A DNA stretch of 64,000 nt from Eledone cirrhosa (taxonomy: Eukaryota): assembly GCA_964016885.1 (NCBI GenBank), contig OZ024747.1, positions 30,690,001-30,754,000 of the forward strand, read 5' to 3'. Of the stretch, positions 21,803 through 34,023 are shown piece by piece. The notes beneath the pieces were generated by a model. That model made no database searches and had not been told where the DNA came from. It saw nothing but the letters and a program-made list of their open reading frames with translations. How positions within the stretch are numbered: position 1 is the first letter of the stretch; each line of letters begins with the position of its first letter. The position numbers were made by a program, and so were the translations under genes.

Positions 21803-24800
21803 ATCATTTCATCATCATCATCATTTCATTTTACGCCCGCTTTTCCCTGCTTGCAAGGGTGGGACGGGAACTGATTCTGGCTTTATTTCTACAGCTGGAT
21901 GCCCTTCCTAACACCAACCTCATTTACAGTGAGTGCTGGGGGCTTTTTTCCCGTGGCGCCTACACATCCACTTTACAGTGTGGGCTGGGTGCTTTTTTGC
22001 CGTGGCACCTCCACGACCACTTTGCAGTGGGAGGGCGTGGGGTCATATTGTCTATATGCTTCAGCTTGAACCCGTGGGAAGTTGGGTCTTCTGTATTACT
22101 GCATGACGCCAGAGGTCACGGTCGTGTGTCATTGCCTTTGAGATGTGTAATTGGGTAAGGTCGGCTTTTATCACCTCATCCCAGGTCTGCTTGGGTCTCC
22201 CTACTCTGCGGCTTCCATCGGCTTCTACTTCTCTGCACTTTTTAATGCAGCTGTCATCCTTCATACACATCACATGTCCATACCAACGTTACCTCCTCTC
22301 CCGCACACAGCATGTGATTCATCTTATGATCAGTCTCTCTCTCAATTCGTTTATGCTTTGGCGTTCGCGTATATTACTATTACACATCCATTGGAGCATG
22401 CAAGCTTCGTTTCATTCTAATCTACACAAGTCTTCTAAAGACAGCGCCCACGTCTCACTACCATGTAACATTGCTGTTCGTATACACGCATCGTACAGTC
22501 TGCCTTTTATTTTGAAGGAAAAGCCTTTTGCAGATAGCAGTGGCAGTAGTTCCCTAAACTTCTTCCATCCCGTTCTTACCCTGGTTATTGTACTTTCAGA
22601 ACACCCACCTCCGCTGGTAATTCGGTCACCCTCTCCCAGAGTTTGGTAGTGTTTGTTTCCTGTGACTATTGACTGCTTACTGTCCCTGTACAGCTGCTAC
22701 ATGTAAACCTACAATCTTAACTAAGCATCCTGAGATCCCACTACATCTCTTGTGCACCCATAGTTTGCTTTAGGGGCAGGGAATTCAAACCTATACATTT
22801 CCTACATACTGAGCAATGCCATTTTCCTGAGGGGATCTGGGTTCTGTTTTCTCATCTACTTATGAGAACTGTAGTCTTTGTCAGGTTCACTTTTGAGACC
22901 CTTTCTTTCTAGTCCCTGCTCACATGTTTGGAATTTCTTCTTGAGTTCCGCCATAGATTCAGCTATAAGTGTAGGATCATCCACATACAGAAGTTCTCAT
23001 GGGCATCCGGTCTTAAACTCCTCTGTTATAGCCTGCAATACTATATTAAGCAGGACACTGTATGCTAAATTCCTCGCTATAGTCATTGTTAACCCTAACT
23101 TTGCTGACTGCTCCCCTATACATGGCTTGTACAGCTTTCACAAGCCACTCATCTACTCCTAGTTTTTTAAGAGCCCACCAGATTATAGCACTGGGCACTC
23201 TGTCGAAGGTTTTTTGCAGACTGATAAATGCCAGGTAGAGCAGCTTACTTTTAGCTAGGTACTTTTCCTGTAACAGCCTCACAAGGAAGAGAGCATAAGT
23301 GGTGCCTTTTCCTGGCACAAACCAAGACAGCATCTCATCTAGTTTTATCCGGTCCCTAATCTACTGTGCTATAACTCTTCCCGTTATTTCATGACCTGGT
23401 CCATCAGCTTTATACCTCTATAGTTTCCTCTATCTAGTGCATCTCCTTTACCCTTGTAGCAGTTGACAATGATGCTGCTGCACCAATCCTTTGGTAAGAC
23501 ACCCTCCAGTATTACCTGGTTAACAATACGTGTGGTTAAGGTGTGACCTACCGACACAGATGCCTTCAGCATCGCGGCAGCTATACCTGATAGACCTGTT
23601 GCCTTCCCAGTCTTCATATTTTTAATTGCTTTACTTCCTATGCTGCTGCTGACTTGTACTGCTGGCTCCTCTATAGGGTCCACTTGGGGTAGAGTCTCTA
23701 TCTCTCATGCATTCTTCTCATTTAGTAATCTTTCACAATGGTTCTTCTCGGCACTTGTGAGGGCAAGCTCACCTTTATCATTCTGGGCACAATGACATCA
23801 CAATTTTCTCTAACACTCTGCCTCACAATCCTGAACACCTGTTTCTGGTCCTCACGCTGCAAAACGTGCTTGAATTTTCTATCCTTCACTTCCCTTCTAG
23901 CTAATTATACTTGTCGCCTAGCTTCCCTCCTGATCTCTATGTAATGTACTCTGCTACCCCCGTTCTTCCATTCTTTCCATGCATGTTTCTTAGTCTTTAT
24001 TGCCTCATCTACCTTATTGTTCCACCACCAAGTCTCTCTCCTCCTCCCTGTGGACTTACTCCAACCACAAATCTTGTCCGTCGCCTTTAGTAAGTTATTT
24101 TTTAGGAACTCCCAGTGCTCTTCTACATTGAATATCTCTATCTGTTCTTCGTTACTGTAATAGACGTTGAGTAAAATATCTTTAAATCTGTTACTGGCTG
24201 AGGGGTCTTTCAGCTTCCAGATTTTTCTTCTCCAGGTTGGCTTGTTTTCAAGTTCGTCTAGTTCTGACAATGAGGTCGCTGACAACTAAGTTATGTTGGG
24301 AGGTACATTCCTCACCATGGAAGACTTTTGTGTTTTAACCGTCCATCTATCTCATCCTCTGATAAGGATAAAATCTATCTGACTAGAATGCTCCTCTCAT
24401 CTATAGGTGATCAGATGGTTGTCGGCTTTTTGAAGTTTGTGTTACATATCGACATGTCATTGGCATCACAGAATTCTAGAAACCTGAAGCTTTCTTCATT
24501 TCTTGTGCCAAACCTGTATCCACCATGGACTCTATAGAAGCCATCACGGTGTTTCCCAACATGTCCGTTAAAGTCTTCTGCAATGATTAGGAAGTCATTG
24601 TCGTTTGTTAGGTCAGTAGTGTGCATTAAGGACTCAAAAATCCTATCCTTAAGTTCGTCCGGCAAACCAGATTGAGGTGTGAAAGCTGATATGATTGTAG
24701 CAATTGTTTTATTCAGGACTAGCTTGAGTTTAATGATTCTTGTGTTCACCCTGTTCACTGAGATTACCTTATCTACCCAATTGTCAGGTAATAGTATACC

Positions 24801-25320
24801 TACACCACCCATCCCATTGTTATTTCCCACCCAGAAAAATTTATAGCACTGATTTTTGCCTACAAGCACTCTAGCGGGCTCTCTTCTCCATCTAGTCTCT
24901 TGCACGATGCATATATCAATTTCCTTTCGCTCTAACATCTCTACGATGCTGGTAAGGGCTAGAAGGACAGTAGTAGTAGTAGTAGTAATGGCAGATTTTG
25001 TTGGGAGTGGAAATGGGTGAGGACATGTTGCTGAGGTTTGATTGGTCAAATAGTCTATGGAAGTAAGTACAGATGGGAAATTGTGAGATTTGTATATCAT
25101 AACACAAGATTCTGTGGAAATAAACACATACAAGTAGGCATATTCGACAAGGGGAATGTGCGAGAATTGTGAGTGTTCACCGACTAAATGATAGATGAGT
25201 TCGGTTTGGGATGAGTTCGTAAAGAAAGAGACAATGTCGAACGTGGTTTATTTCGAAAACAAGGCCAAAATATATACATTGTGGAAACAAGCGAATGATA
25301 ATAATAATAATGTATACAGA
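21803..25320 (-). mobile_element. RTE LINE (subfamily C), decayed and nearly full length
   Basis: VQETRW, FTPQ, DFNGHVG, TWWWN, NYRGIKL, FDRVP, LLYVDD, PHD remnant and (CAT)n tail. 24960-25320 is only a putative 5' UTR. Confidence 0.9.
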
Positions 25321-25322
25321 TG

Positions 25323-25352
<30 letters not shown>

Positions 25353-25357
<5 letters not shown>

Positions 25358-25675
25358 ATATATATGTAGTAAGAAACACAGTAAATCATGTGTCTAATAT
25401 TACTAGGGTTGAGAGACCACATTTGTTTGAAATATTTAACCATGAAGCAAACAGAATGATAAAATAAAATAAAATTATATTATACAAACTGCCTCAATAA
25501 CAATTATATCTCTCGGACAGATTAATCTGTTTCGCCCTGAGTATGTTTGTAACAGATAATCCGATTTACTGTGTTTCTTACTACATATATATTATTATTA
25601 TAATGCTCGGTATTTATACTTTGAGCTTACTGATTACAGGGTTTCAGTAAGAGTTATTAACTCTAACTTTCATTT
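25353..25675 (-). mobile_element. Fold-back fragment carrying the 3' half of a hammerhead
   Basis: 35-bp inverted repeats at 25353-25387 and 25563-25597. Minus strand GC-GAAA-CAGAT-TA-ATCTG-TC at about 25535-25516. Flanked by (TA)n on both sides. Confidence 0.6.
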
Positions 25676-25929
25676 ATATATATATATATATATGTATTTA
25701 TATATATACATATATATATATATACACATATATAGATGTATATATATACATATATATACATATGTATACATATATATGCATATATATATATATATACATA
25801 TATAGATATACATATATATATACATATATACATATATTCTCCTACTGGTAACTAGCTAGTACTTAGTACTACCCTCCATATTTATAATTATATATAAACC
25901 ATATATAAGTATAAATATTATTATTATTA

Positions 25930-25971
<42 letters not shown>

Positions 25972-25973
<2 letters not shown>

Positions 25974-27530
25974 TTCTTGAATTTTGTGATGCAAGTACAC
26001 TGACTATTTGCAACACAAACTTCCAGTCACCTGCCAACCACCTAATAACCTATAAATCAGGTGAACACATAAGCCAGATTGACTTCTTACTAGTTAGGCA
26101 GCGGGACAGGCAGATAGTGTCTAATACCAAGGCATACCCTGGGGAAGAATGTACCCCACAGGATAGGTTAGTCGTTAGTGATTTCTCAGTAAGCAAGAGA
26201 TGGAATGAGACATACAGGAAGGTGTGGAGAAGAAAGATCCGGAAGCTAAAAGACCTTTCACTAAAATACAAATTTAGGAAAGCCCTTCAAGATGTATATG
26301 ACGAAAAAGAAGACGATTTAGAGATGTAGGACATAGATAATAACTGGAATTTCGTACGTGACAACTTACTGGACGCTACTGATGAAACTTGTGGCTCGGA
26401 GCAGAGCTCCAACGAGACAGAGAGTGACCTGGTGGTGGAACAGCACGGTAGATAAGGCCATTAGAGACAAAAGACTAGCATGGAAGGCTTGGAAAAAGGG
26501 AGGGAGTAGGGAAGAATATACAGCCGCTAAGAGAGAAGCTAGACGTCAGGTGTACTTAGCATGCAGGGAGGCTGAGAGTAGGAGGTTTGCCAATGTTCTG
26601 CAACGGGAAGATCAGAGGCGTGCGGTGTTCCACATTGCAAGGCAGTGCATCAACGCAAATCAGGATGTTGTTGGAGATGCCGGTGTACTTAGTGTCATGA
26701 ATGATCAGAAAAAGGAGGCCTGGAAATGTCATTATGAGAGACTGATGAATGTGGAGAACGAATGGGAGAGAGAGAAATTACCATCAGTAGATCTGACAGA
26801 GGGACCAGCTATTGAGATTGACAAATATAGGGTCCAAGAGGCGATTAAGGAAATGAAAAAGGGTAAGGCTGCTGGACCATCGGGAATAGTTGCTGAGATG
26901 CTGAAGGCATCAGGGGACGTAGGCACTAAACTGGTTGCACGCATCATCAATCAGGCTATATATGGTGGTGTCATACCCAAAGACTGGTGCAGCGATATTC
27001 TCATAAATTGCTGCAAAGGTAAAGGGGATGCTCTGGAGAGGAGCAATTATAGGGGTATAAAACTGATAGATCAAGTTATGAAAGTGGCAGAAAGGATATT
27101 AGCACAACTAATTAGAGAAAGGGTCAAACTAGATGAGATGCAGTTTGGTTTTGTGCCTGGGAAGAGTACAACAGATGCCCTCTTCTTGGTAAGACAATTG
27201 CAAGAGAGGTTCTTAGAGAAAAATAAGCCACTATACTTAGCCTTTGTTGACCTAGAGAAGGCCTTTGATAGGGTACCCCGATCTGTCATCTGGTGGTCCC
27301 TAAGGAAACTAGGTGTTGAGGAATGGCTTGTGAGGACAGTGCAAACTTTGTACAGAGGTACTGTCAGTAAAGTCAGGGTAGGAATGGAGTTTAGGAGTAC
27401 ATCAAGGTTCGGTCCTCAGCCCGCTCTTGTTCATTATAGTCCTCCAAGCCATAGCAGAGGAGTTTAAGACTGGCTGTCCATTCTTATAGCAGAATCAGTA
27501 GAGGAGCTAGAGAATAAATTCTGGCTATTG
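25972..27530 (+). mobile_element. RTE LINE (subfamily A), endonuclease end + RT
   Basis: SQIDFLL, TWWWN, KAAGPSG, NYRGIKL, FVDLEKAFDRVP. Starts directly after (TA)n. Confidence 0.93.
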
Positions 27531-28480
27531 GGAAGCACTGTCAATCGATACAGTAACTTTGATAATGAAATATTAATTCAGGATTAGGAAAGCAAGTGAT
27601 GCTTTTGGAAAGGCGCCTCTGGGGTTGGTGAGACATATGCAAGAAGACAAAGGTAAAGGTGAACAAGGCATGTGTGCTCTCTTCTCTTCTTTGTGCCTGC
27701 GAGACCTAGGTCACATATCAAGAGCACCTTAAACAATTGGAGCATTTCCATCAGATGTGTCTCAGACGGATCCATGGCATTCGTGGAGGGACCACATCAG
27801 TGATGTCGAGATTTTGGAAAGCTCGCTGTGTGAAAGTATAGAAGCTCTTGTGTGTAAGCAAAGACTCTAATGGAGTGGTCACCTTGCCAGGATGAAGGAT
27901 TCAAGAATAGCGAATCAACTCTTTTATGGAGAGTTAGTTAAAGGAAAATGACCTCCACATAAACCAAAAAAGAGGTATAAGGATATGTAGAAAGACTCCT
28001 TGAAAGATGCTAACATCTCTGCTGATACATGGGAAAGCGTAGCTGCTGATCATAATAAATGGAGAAAGACTGTACACGAGGGGAAAGTTACTTTTGAAAC
28101 ATCTCGAATCGCATACGAGAAAGTAAAAGGGATGTGAGAAAAGGCATTACTGTTGCATTTCCAGACAACGAAGGTCCTCCTATAGCGCTGACATGCAGCG
28201 TCTGTGCGAGTCTCTGCCTCAGCAAAGCTGGACTCGAAAGTCATCTTCGCAGTCATAAAGTGAGACCAGTGGTTGACTACCAGGCTGCTCTCGAAGATGC
28301 TGCTCATCATACCTGTCAAGAATGTGAAAGAGATTGTAGATCAGCAGGAGGGCTCAGACGACATGAAATCTAACCACAGCCGGCTGTTGCCAGTGTATGT
28401 TTTGTTTGCCAACTCTATGCAAGATATTTTAGATCATTGGCTGGGCTAAAAAGCCACATTCGATTGCAGCAACATTAATT
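27530..28480 (+). mobile_element. RTE-BovB-like LINE 3' fragment with C-terminal C2H2 zinc fingers
   Basis: LGST..RIRKAS.AFG, WSGHLARM.DSRI..QLFYGEL, CSVCASLCLSKAGLESHLRSH, CQECERDCRSAGGLRRH. Confidence 0.85.
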
Positions 28481-28654
28481 GTTAATAGATATGTGTGTAT
28501 ATTGGATGAGTGTGCATGTGTATGCATGTGTGTGTGTATGTGTGTGTGTATGTATCTGTATATGTATATATGTGTATGTGTATACATGTATATGTATGTA
28601 TATATATATATGTATATATATATATGTGTGTCTATATATATATATATTATTATT

Positions 28655-28850
28655 GCGGTGGATTGGCAGTATCGGTAGAGGGTCGGACGCCATGCTTTCC
28701 AGCATAGTTACGTCCCTTTACGATCTGAGTTCAAATCCCGCTGAGGTTGACTTTGCCTTTCATCCTTACGGGGTCGATAAAATAAAGTACCAGTAATACA
28801 CTGGGTAATTGCTGGCCTTGTGCCTAAAGTAGAAACAATTATTATTATTT
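28655..28850 (+). mobile_element. tRNA-derived SINE family B, near-complete copy
   Basis: A-box TGGCAGTATCGG, B-box GAGTTCAAATCCC, GCCTTTCATCCTTACGGGGTCGATAAAATAAAGTACCAG central domain, (ATT)n tail. Confidence 0.88.
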
Positions 28851-28904
28851 AATTTTATTTTTCGTGCAATGGCCATACTTGATAATGAGGTGAGGGGGAA
28901 GCCA

Positions 28905-28949
28905 TCATGTATATGTATTTATATATATATATATACATATATATATATG

Positions 28950-28999
<50 letters not shown>

Positions 29000-29420
29000 T
29001 GTATATATATATATGTATATGTGGATATATATGTATGTGTGTATATATGTATATGTGTGTATATATACATATATATATGTATATATATATATATATATAT
29101 CAAATGAAGCAATGGAGTAAAGGACTCGCGTTGTTCCCAGTTATATATATATATGTGTGAGTGTGTATGGGTTTATGTATGGCTGTGTGTATCTGTTTGT
29201 TTGTATATGTACGTATGTATACATTTGTTTACATCAATGTGTTTATATTGAGGGGGAGCAGTCATATATCAGTTTATTGTGTATATACACCAAATGCATA
29301 TTCTATATAAGAACGTGTATATATGTATTTATATGTGTATATGTATGTGTATGAGCGTGTGTGCATATATATGTATGTATGTATTTGTGTGTATATATAT
29401 ATTTATGTGTGTATGTATAC
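28905..29420. repeat. (TA)n/(TG)n compound microsatellite region
   Basis: Directly visible. Confidence 0.9.
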
Positions 29421-29881
29421 AATAGGGGACTGGGTCTAAAAATATTGGTTGCCAGGAGATGAAGGGGGCCCACCTATATATAGAATGCTATCATTTAATT
29501 TTTATAATGAATAAATAACATTTTCAAAAAATACATAAGTGGAAACTAAACAGGGCAATCAAATTTTTGCAGAAAAAAAACCTTACCTCCTCCAATAAAA
29601 AATATTAAGGTATTTTGTGAAATCCAGAGTCTTTGGTCTTTCACACTTACTCTTTCTCTTTCTCTCTATATATGGGAGTGCGTGTATACGTGTGCATGTA
29701 CATGTGTATACATAGATTTATATATATGTATACATAACATGTTTTCAACAACTACAAATATCCCTAGGGATCTAAGTGACTTTGTATATATATATTATAG
29801 TTGAAACAGAAAACAAAAAAACAACAACGAGGAAGTGAAGAGGCAGTACAAAATGTTAATATTAGTTTCACGCTTGAGAGT

Positions 29882-30522
29882 GATGCAGGCGGGTGCTATA
29901 GAAGTGGTTGATAGCTTCCGGTACCTAGGAGATCAGATTAGCATGGGAGGGGGGTGTTCCGAGGCCATAGTATCTAGAATAAGGACAGGTTGGAAGAAGT
30001 TTAGGGAGCTGCTTCCTCTGCTGACGAATAAGGGTTTCTCTCTGCGTACAAAAGGCCGGTTATATGATGCCTGTGTGAGGGGCACGATGCTGCATGGTAG
30101 TGAGACATGGGCAGCAACTGCACAGGATATGCGACGGCTGGAGAGAAATGAGGCAAGCATGCTCCATTGGATGTGCAATGTGAATGTGGGTGAATGACCC
30201 AGCATGGATGTGTTAAGAGAGAAACTGTCTAAGAGGGATAGAATGTAGTGTGTGAGAGAGGAGACTGCGGTGGTATGGACATGTGATGCGCTTGGAGGAT
30301 GACCAAGGGGTGAAAAAGTGCCAGGAAAGGCCAGTTGAAGGAAGACGTGGTAGAGGTAGACCAAAAAAAACATGGGTGGAGGTGGTGAGAACAGACCTCA
30401 GATTGTTGAAGCTCACGGTGGAGATGACGAAGGGCCGTGACAAGTGGTGAGATGCTGTGCTGAATAAGACCCATCCCACCCTTGCAAGCAGGGAAAAGCG
30501 GACGTAAAATGATGATGATGAT
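29882..30522 (+). mobile_element. RTE LINE 3' fragment (subfamily A)
   Basis: VDSFRYLGD...MLHGSETW...RLRWYGHV, subfamily A tail and (GAT)n. Confidence 0.93.
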
Positions 30523-31419
30523 ATATATATGCTTGCGTGTGTCTATATATATATGTATGTTTGCATGCATGAATGAATACACTAAGCTTTTTAGTAGAAA
30601 GTACAACCACTGATTCCAGCTTTTTGCACTATCATGTATTTTGGATTCTATTAATTCCCCTGGGAATTAGTTGATCAAATGCTTTGTTTAATTGTTTTAT
30701 TTATTTATTTTTATTCTTTCTCTTAGACTTCAGGTATTTTTTTAAAGCAAAGCATTTCAAGCAGGTTGAGTGTTCATAGAAAGCAGGACTTCCTAACCAG
30801 GGCAGTATCACGCTTCGGTGAGCGATTTTAACTGTTGGGTGCTTGATGAGTAACTGAAAATGGTGGGTGATTGAACATTTTGGTGGAAAATATAGGATTT
30901 TGAATATTAAGAAGGTATTTAAACATATGCCACAAGAAAAAATATTTTAAAATATGCAAAGAACCTGTATATATATAATAAAAACAGGAGGCTAAATGGG
31001 AATAACGAACCAGTAACAAACTTTTACCTAACAATTTTTGTATGATTTCGAATATTTACCATGCAGGAGGGTCGTGGAAAATGTTTCCATGTGAAATTGG
31101 GTGATGATGTAAAAATAAATTGGTAACTCCTGGTATAGAAGCTCCATCATTGACTCATATACTGAAAGTACTTGTTATTATTTAACCATAGGCCAGCCTT
31201 GACTGAACATACCTATGGTCAAAGCTGTTCGTGCGTAACCATACTGTTTCAATCATGATTCTATATGACTATGAATAACATAGTTTCTAATGTGTCCTTT
31301 TTTTTAAAGATGGCGATACAGTAAAATCTTCATGAAATAGCAAGTTGACCAACTACATAGGAAGAGATTTTCATTGGCTCATTTTGAAAGTGTTATACAC
31401 CACACTTAACTAGGTAGAG

Positions 31420-31795
31420 ATATGGATGTGTGGCTAAAAAGTTTATTCACAAATACATGGTTCTAGGTTCAACCCCTCTGCATGAAGCATTGGGATAACC
31501 AATTTATTGAGACAGATGTTTGGTAGACAGAAATTATGTGGAAGTCTGTCATATATCATCATCATCATCATCACCATTTAATGTCTAATTTCCATGCTTA
31601 TAGTGGTTAGATTTGTTTCACAAATACATGGTTTTATGTTCAATCACACTATATGGAACTCTGAGCAAACCAATATATTGTAACAGATGTTTGGTAGACA
31701 GAAACTCTGTGGAATTCCATCATATATTATTATCATCATCATCAACAACAACACCATCTAATGTCTATTTTCCAAGCTTGCAATGGTTAGATGGA
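31420..31795 (+). repeat. Tandem duplication (about 180 bp) of an old SINE-like unit
   Basis: CACAAATACATGGTT..ACAGATGTTTGGTAGACAGAAA..(CAT)n..TAATGTCTA.TTTCCA occurs twice. Confidence 0.65.
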
Positions 31796-32938
31796 CTGTC
31801 ATGTTATGAGACCATACAGGGTAGGTGACCTTGTAGTGCTCATACACTCCATCTTTGACCTCGCTTTCAAAGGTTGGATGCCTGTCCTAATATGAACTAA
31901 CTTACAGTGTGAACTAGGTGCTTTTTGTCATTGCTTCAGTATGACCATCTTACATTGTGGTTTAGGTGCTTTTTCTCATTGCTCCAGCATGACCACCTTA
32001 CAAAGTGAACTAGGTGCTTTTTGTTGTGGCACCAGTATCCTTTATAGGGTAAACTGGCTTCTTCATGTGTGTGTGTGCATATGTGTGTGAGTGTGTTTCT
32101 GTGTGTCTTCCCTTTGACAGCATTTGGGCAGCAGGTGCTGTTTCTGCATAAATAATGATATGGAGTCTTGTAATTCAATAGATAAATATCAGTGGAATTA
32201 AGTACTGTAAAGGATGATGCCAGTATGGGTGTCTGGCTGTAGAATATTATTTCAACATAATCTTGTGCAATCCATGCCAGTGGATGGGTATAGAAAAGCT
32301 GATATGAAAATGATGATGATGATAAACTAAAGATCATCATCATCATCATCCTTATTATACTACAGACTAATATCACCTCAATAAAGATATCAATATAGGT
32401 TGTCATATACTAAATATGAAAGATATATCAAGCACCATATAATGTGGTAAATGCCCTGTGACCTGAATCACAGTCATATTTATTTCACTTAACTCTGCTA
32501 ATGCCCTTATGAAAGACATGACAGTCACAACTCTAATTTCTCCAGTCAATAAGGCTAATCTTCCCCTGATTCATTCCTTTTATCCTAAAGAGTCAATTAA
32601 TTTTCTATTCATCACATTATCATTTGGCCTAACTGAATATTCATCCTTGTATATTGACAGAAGAAAATATGAAGTATATAAACTTGATAGATTAGGTTAT
32701 CACAACCTTCACTCATATTAGAGTATAGTTAAATGTGTTGATAGTGATTTCATATTAACAAAATGGCAACTAATGAGTTAGGTCATTAGGACTACTTGAA
32801 GATATCAAAGGAAAATCGAACTTGTTGATATTTAGCTCCAGGTCAGCCTTGACCTATGATTAAAGGTCTTCTAGCTTTGAGCATACTATTTATTTTTATT
32901 TTTTGTTTTTACTTTCGGTGAAATGTGAGATCAGAGAG

Positions 32939-33295
32939 TACGAGGATAGGCTGAAAAGTTCATAGGCTGACTATGATCGTATCATTATCTACATCGTAAA
33001 TAAAAATATTCCTTTGCCTTAAAACCATTTAGAATTATTGCCAACATAATATATTTTGTTCTATATCATCCATATATTGATTTCTAACATAAGTATGAGG
33101 CCACAAATTAATAGGGTAGGCTGAAAAGTTCATAGGCAAACAATAAAGCTATGAAATCTTGCATACATTGATGTCAAATCTTCTTATTAATAACTGCATT
33201 GTTTCTTTCCAGGGACTATGTTGAAAAATAAACCCATTTGGTCATTCCATGAGAGTATCTTGGTCAGCCTATGAACTTTTCAATTGACCATCATA
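32939..33295. mobile_element. Tc1/mariner-like MITE
   Basis: TIRs TACGAGGATAGGCTGAAAAGTTCATAGGCTGAC / GTCAGCCTATGAACTTTTCAATTGACCATCATA, with a second left-TIR copy at about 33113-33138. Confidence 0.75.
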
Positions 33296-33699
33296 CATTC
33301 TTTAATGTATACTTCTTTACTTAAAGCTGTAGGTTGTGGTTTGTGGGAGAATTCAAATGCTATTTCTAGCAGGTTGAAATGTTATTTGTTCTTATTGTTA
33401 TTTAAATTCAGGTCAAATACTGTTGTCAGAGACACCCTGGCCTTTCCAAACTCAGCATACAGGGCCACAACAGCCCCCAAATGCAGCTGTGATATTACTT
33501 AGTTTCTATATAATAAAGCAAATTTTATCTGCAGCAACAATGACCCCCATCATGTAATAGGTCATGGTCAACCTTCTCCCATCATCTCTCAACTTTAAAT
33601 GCCCAAACAATATGATACCCAATGAGGAGAGACAGTAAAAGAGACAGACAAAAAGACAAAGGGAGATTAAACAACATTTAATATTTAATTGATCCTTAC

Positions 33700-33829
33700 C
33701 TCAATTTTATAGTAGGTGATTTTACTACATAGGAATATCCTTGTTTCCATGTACCACACAACTCCTGGTCTGGTTTAATTCCATTAGAATTGGAGTATAT
33801 TCTCACCACTGCATGAGGGCATCCTTCAT
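33700..33829 (-). CDS. Coding exon (third in window) of the multi-CUB-domain gene
   Basis: ctctccAG acceptor and GTAAGG donor. Encodes (N)EGCPHAVVRIYSNSNGIKPDQELCGTWKQGYSYVVKSPTIKL(R). Its phase-1 start joins the 49332 exon in frame and continues the same CUB domain. Confidence 0.85.
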
Positions 33830-33922
33830 CTGGAGAGTTAAAGAATATTTATATTTTAAATGATTTTTCTATTAAACAGGGATACAAAATAATAATATAA
33901 TAATAAAATGTTGTAGTTTGCT

Positions 33923-34023
33923 TGAACCATAGTGTATAATATATAACTATAACTATAATATAGAACCATAGTGTGTAATATATAACTATAACTATAATAT
34001 AGAACCATAGTGTGTAATATATA
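33923..34023. repeat. 39-bp tandem repeat, about 2.5 copies
   Basis: GAACCATAGTGT.TAATATATAACTATAACTATAATATA. Confidence 0.85.
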
